Shown here piece after piece: positions 35,651 to 36,836 of a DNA stretch of 36,836 nucleotides. Source of the DNA: Bacillota bacterium (GTDB lineage Bacteria > Bacillota > Sulfobacillia > Sulfobacillales > Sulfobacillaceae); the NCBI GenBank assembly GCA_023488565.1, contig JAMDDZ010000104.1, positions 1-36,836 of the forward strand. The letters run 5' to 3'. How positions within the stretch are numbered: position 1 is the stretch's first letter; each line of letters starts with the position of its first letter. Position numbers and translations under genes: made by a program. Under the pieces are notes generated by a model that worked only from the letters and a program-made list of their open reading frames with translations, was not told the DNA's origin and searched no databases.

Positions 35651-36836
35651 CTAACCAATGCTTCGTATGGCAACCGTTTTAGTTTCCGTGTAAAATTCTA
35701 GCGCAGCACGGCCTTGTTCCCGTGAATGCGAACTTGATGCTTTCATCCCACCAAATGGAGCTTGATATTCCACCCCCGCGGTCTCCTCGTTTACCCGCAC
35801 CATCCCGGCTTCCAAACCCTCCACACACGCCAACGCGGTCTTCAAGCTGCCAGTAAACACCGACGCACTGAGCCCATACCGTACCCCATTGGCGACATGT
35901 AACGCCTCTTCGATCCCTGCCACCGGAACCACGGCTACCACGGGTCCAAAGATTTCGTCTTGGGCAATAGCCGATTGCGGATCCACCTCGTCAAACACGG
36001 TGGGCATCACGAAATGCCCCGGCGCCTCGATGCTTCGTCCTCCCGCCAATAACCGATGCCCTTCCCGTTTCGCGCCCTCGATGAACCCCACAACTTTGTC
36101 TTTTTGTGCTGCAGACACCACCGGACCCAAATATGTTTCGGGATCCAAGGGATCTCCCCATTTCAGCGAAGCAACCCGCTCACCCAAAGCAGCATCAAAG
36201 GCTCGATAAATCCCGTCCGCGACAATCACCCGAGAGGTGGCGGTGCACTTTTGTCCCGCTGATCGCATAGCACCAGAGACGGTCGCCTCTACCGCCAGCT
36301 CCAGGCTAGCATCATTAGCAACAATTACGGGATTTTTTCCACCCATTTCTAGTTGGTACTTCACACCGCGAGCAACAGCCAGCTCCGCAATATGCTGGCC
36401 CACACCGACGGATCCTGTAAAACTCAGACCCCGCACTTGAGGATGGCGAATAAGGGATTCGCCCACCTCATTCCCTCGGCCTAAAACCAAATTGATGACC
36501 CCCGGGGGAAATAGGGGGGCGATTAACGACACCATTTGATACGCACTAAGTGCACTCAGTTCCGCGGGCTTGAGGACCACCGTATTGCCATAGACTAAAG
36601 CGGGTGCCATTTTCCACACAGGAATGGCTAAGGGGAAATTCCATGGCGTGATAATCCCTACCACGCCTAGGGGCTCTCGGGTTGTATATTGGAGCGTCCC
36701 AGGATTCGCTGCCGGGATCACATCACCCACGGTGCGTGCACCTTCACCCCCATAGTAACGCAAAATAGCTACCGCTCTTTGGGCTTCACCCCGAGCTTCT
36801 GCGATAGGCTTGCCCATTTCCTTAGCAGCCAACTGA
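35651..36836 (-). CDS. NAD(P)-dependent aldehyde dehydrogenase (C-terminal about 394 codons; the 5' end lies beyond the right edge)
   Basis: ALDH motifs ..ITPWNFP.., ..FTGSVGVG.., ..ELGGKNP-type (LEMGGKNP) and catalytic ..GQKCTA... The first track residue is internal (..LAAKEMGKPIAEARGE). Confidence 0.9.
   Translation of the reverse strand, partial: QLAAKEMGKPIAEARGEAQRAVAILRYYGGEGARTVGDVIPAANPGTLQYTTREPLGVVGIITPWNFPLAIPVWKMAPALVYGNTVVLKPAELSALSAYQMVSLIAPLFPPGVINLVLGRGNEVGESLIRHPQVRGLSFTGSVGVGQHIAELAVARGVKYQLEMGGKNPVIVANDASLELAVEATVSGAMRSAGQKCTATSRVIVADGIYRAFDAALGERVASLKWGDPLDPETYLGPVVSAAQKDKVVGFIEGAKREGHRLLAGGRSIEAPGHFVMPTVFDEVDPQSAIAQDEIFGPVVAVVPVAGIEEALHVANGVRYGLSASVFTGSLKTALACVEGLEAGMVRVNEETAGVEYQAPFGGMKASSSHSREQGRAALEFYTETKTVAIRSIG

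Noticed and set aside
1-36836. A scan of the whole window for CRISPR repeats, tRNA T-arm motifs (GGTTCGAATCC-like), rRNA, tmRNA or RNase P cores, and tandem repeats.
   Set aside because: None was found by eye. The only repeated short motifs (for example TCCTCTAT twice at 34008 and 34026, and CCCCTTC at 34276 and 34445) are too short to be meaningful.

Overview
The window reads as a chromosomal segment from a moderately GC-rich, spore-forming Firmicute. The evidence is the gene repertoire: Bacillus-type CtaG, a YtkA/CtaK-like lipoprotein, DUF421/YetF, a SASP-like peptide, type I glutamine synthetase and argCJBD-GH gene order. My guess of a Sulfobacillus/Alicyclobacillus-like organism is inference and cannot be verified here.

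Most of the window is housekeeping:
- lgt (partial), hemL and ychF.
- A co-directional minus-strand block: family-4 UDG, beta-hydroxyacid dehydrogenase, HAD phosphatase, MBL-fold hydrolase, Cas4-like nuclease, OsmC and a small peptide.
- A complete argC-J-B-D-G-H operon.
- glnA.

Accessory or less ordinary parts:
- A copper / haem-copper-oxidase biogenesis cluster (7.2-12.5 kb), in which ctaG carries an in-frame TGA.
- A DDE-transposase remnant (about 12.7 kb).
- A LacI-controlled ABC-transporter / GH32-68-like / PfkB-kinase sugar module (13.1-19.3 kb).
- A membrane-anchored cytochrome c with an in-frame TAG (19.4-19.9 kb).
- A homologue of cyanobacterial acyl-ACP reductase with a palindromic upstream site (30.0-31.2 kb).
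- A 1.26-kb stretch (33.46-34.72 kb) with no credible gene. It is either a decayed CDS or an unrecognised RNA.
- A FAH-family / aldehyde dehydrogenase pair at the right edge.

I found no rRNA, tRNA, CRISPR array, cas operon, intact IS or recognisable multi-gene defence system. I cannot point to a convincingly novel system. The findings below are leads graded accordingly, and all family assignments come from motif recognition by eye, not from searches.
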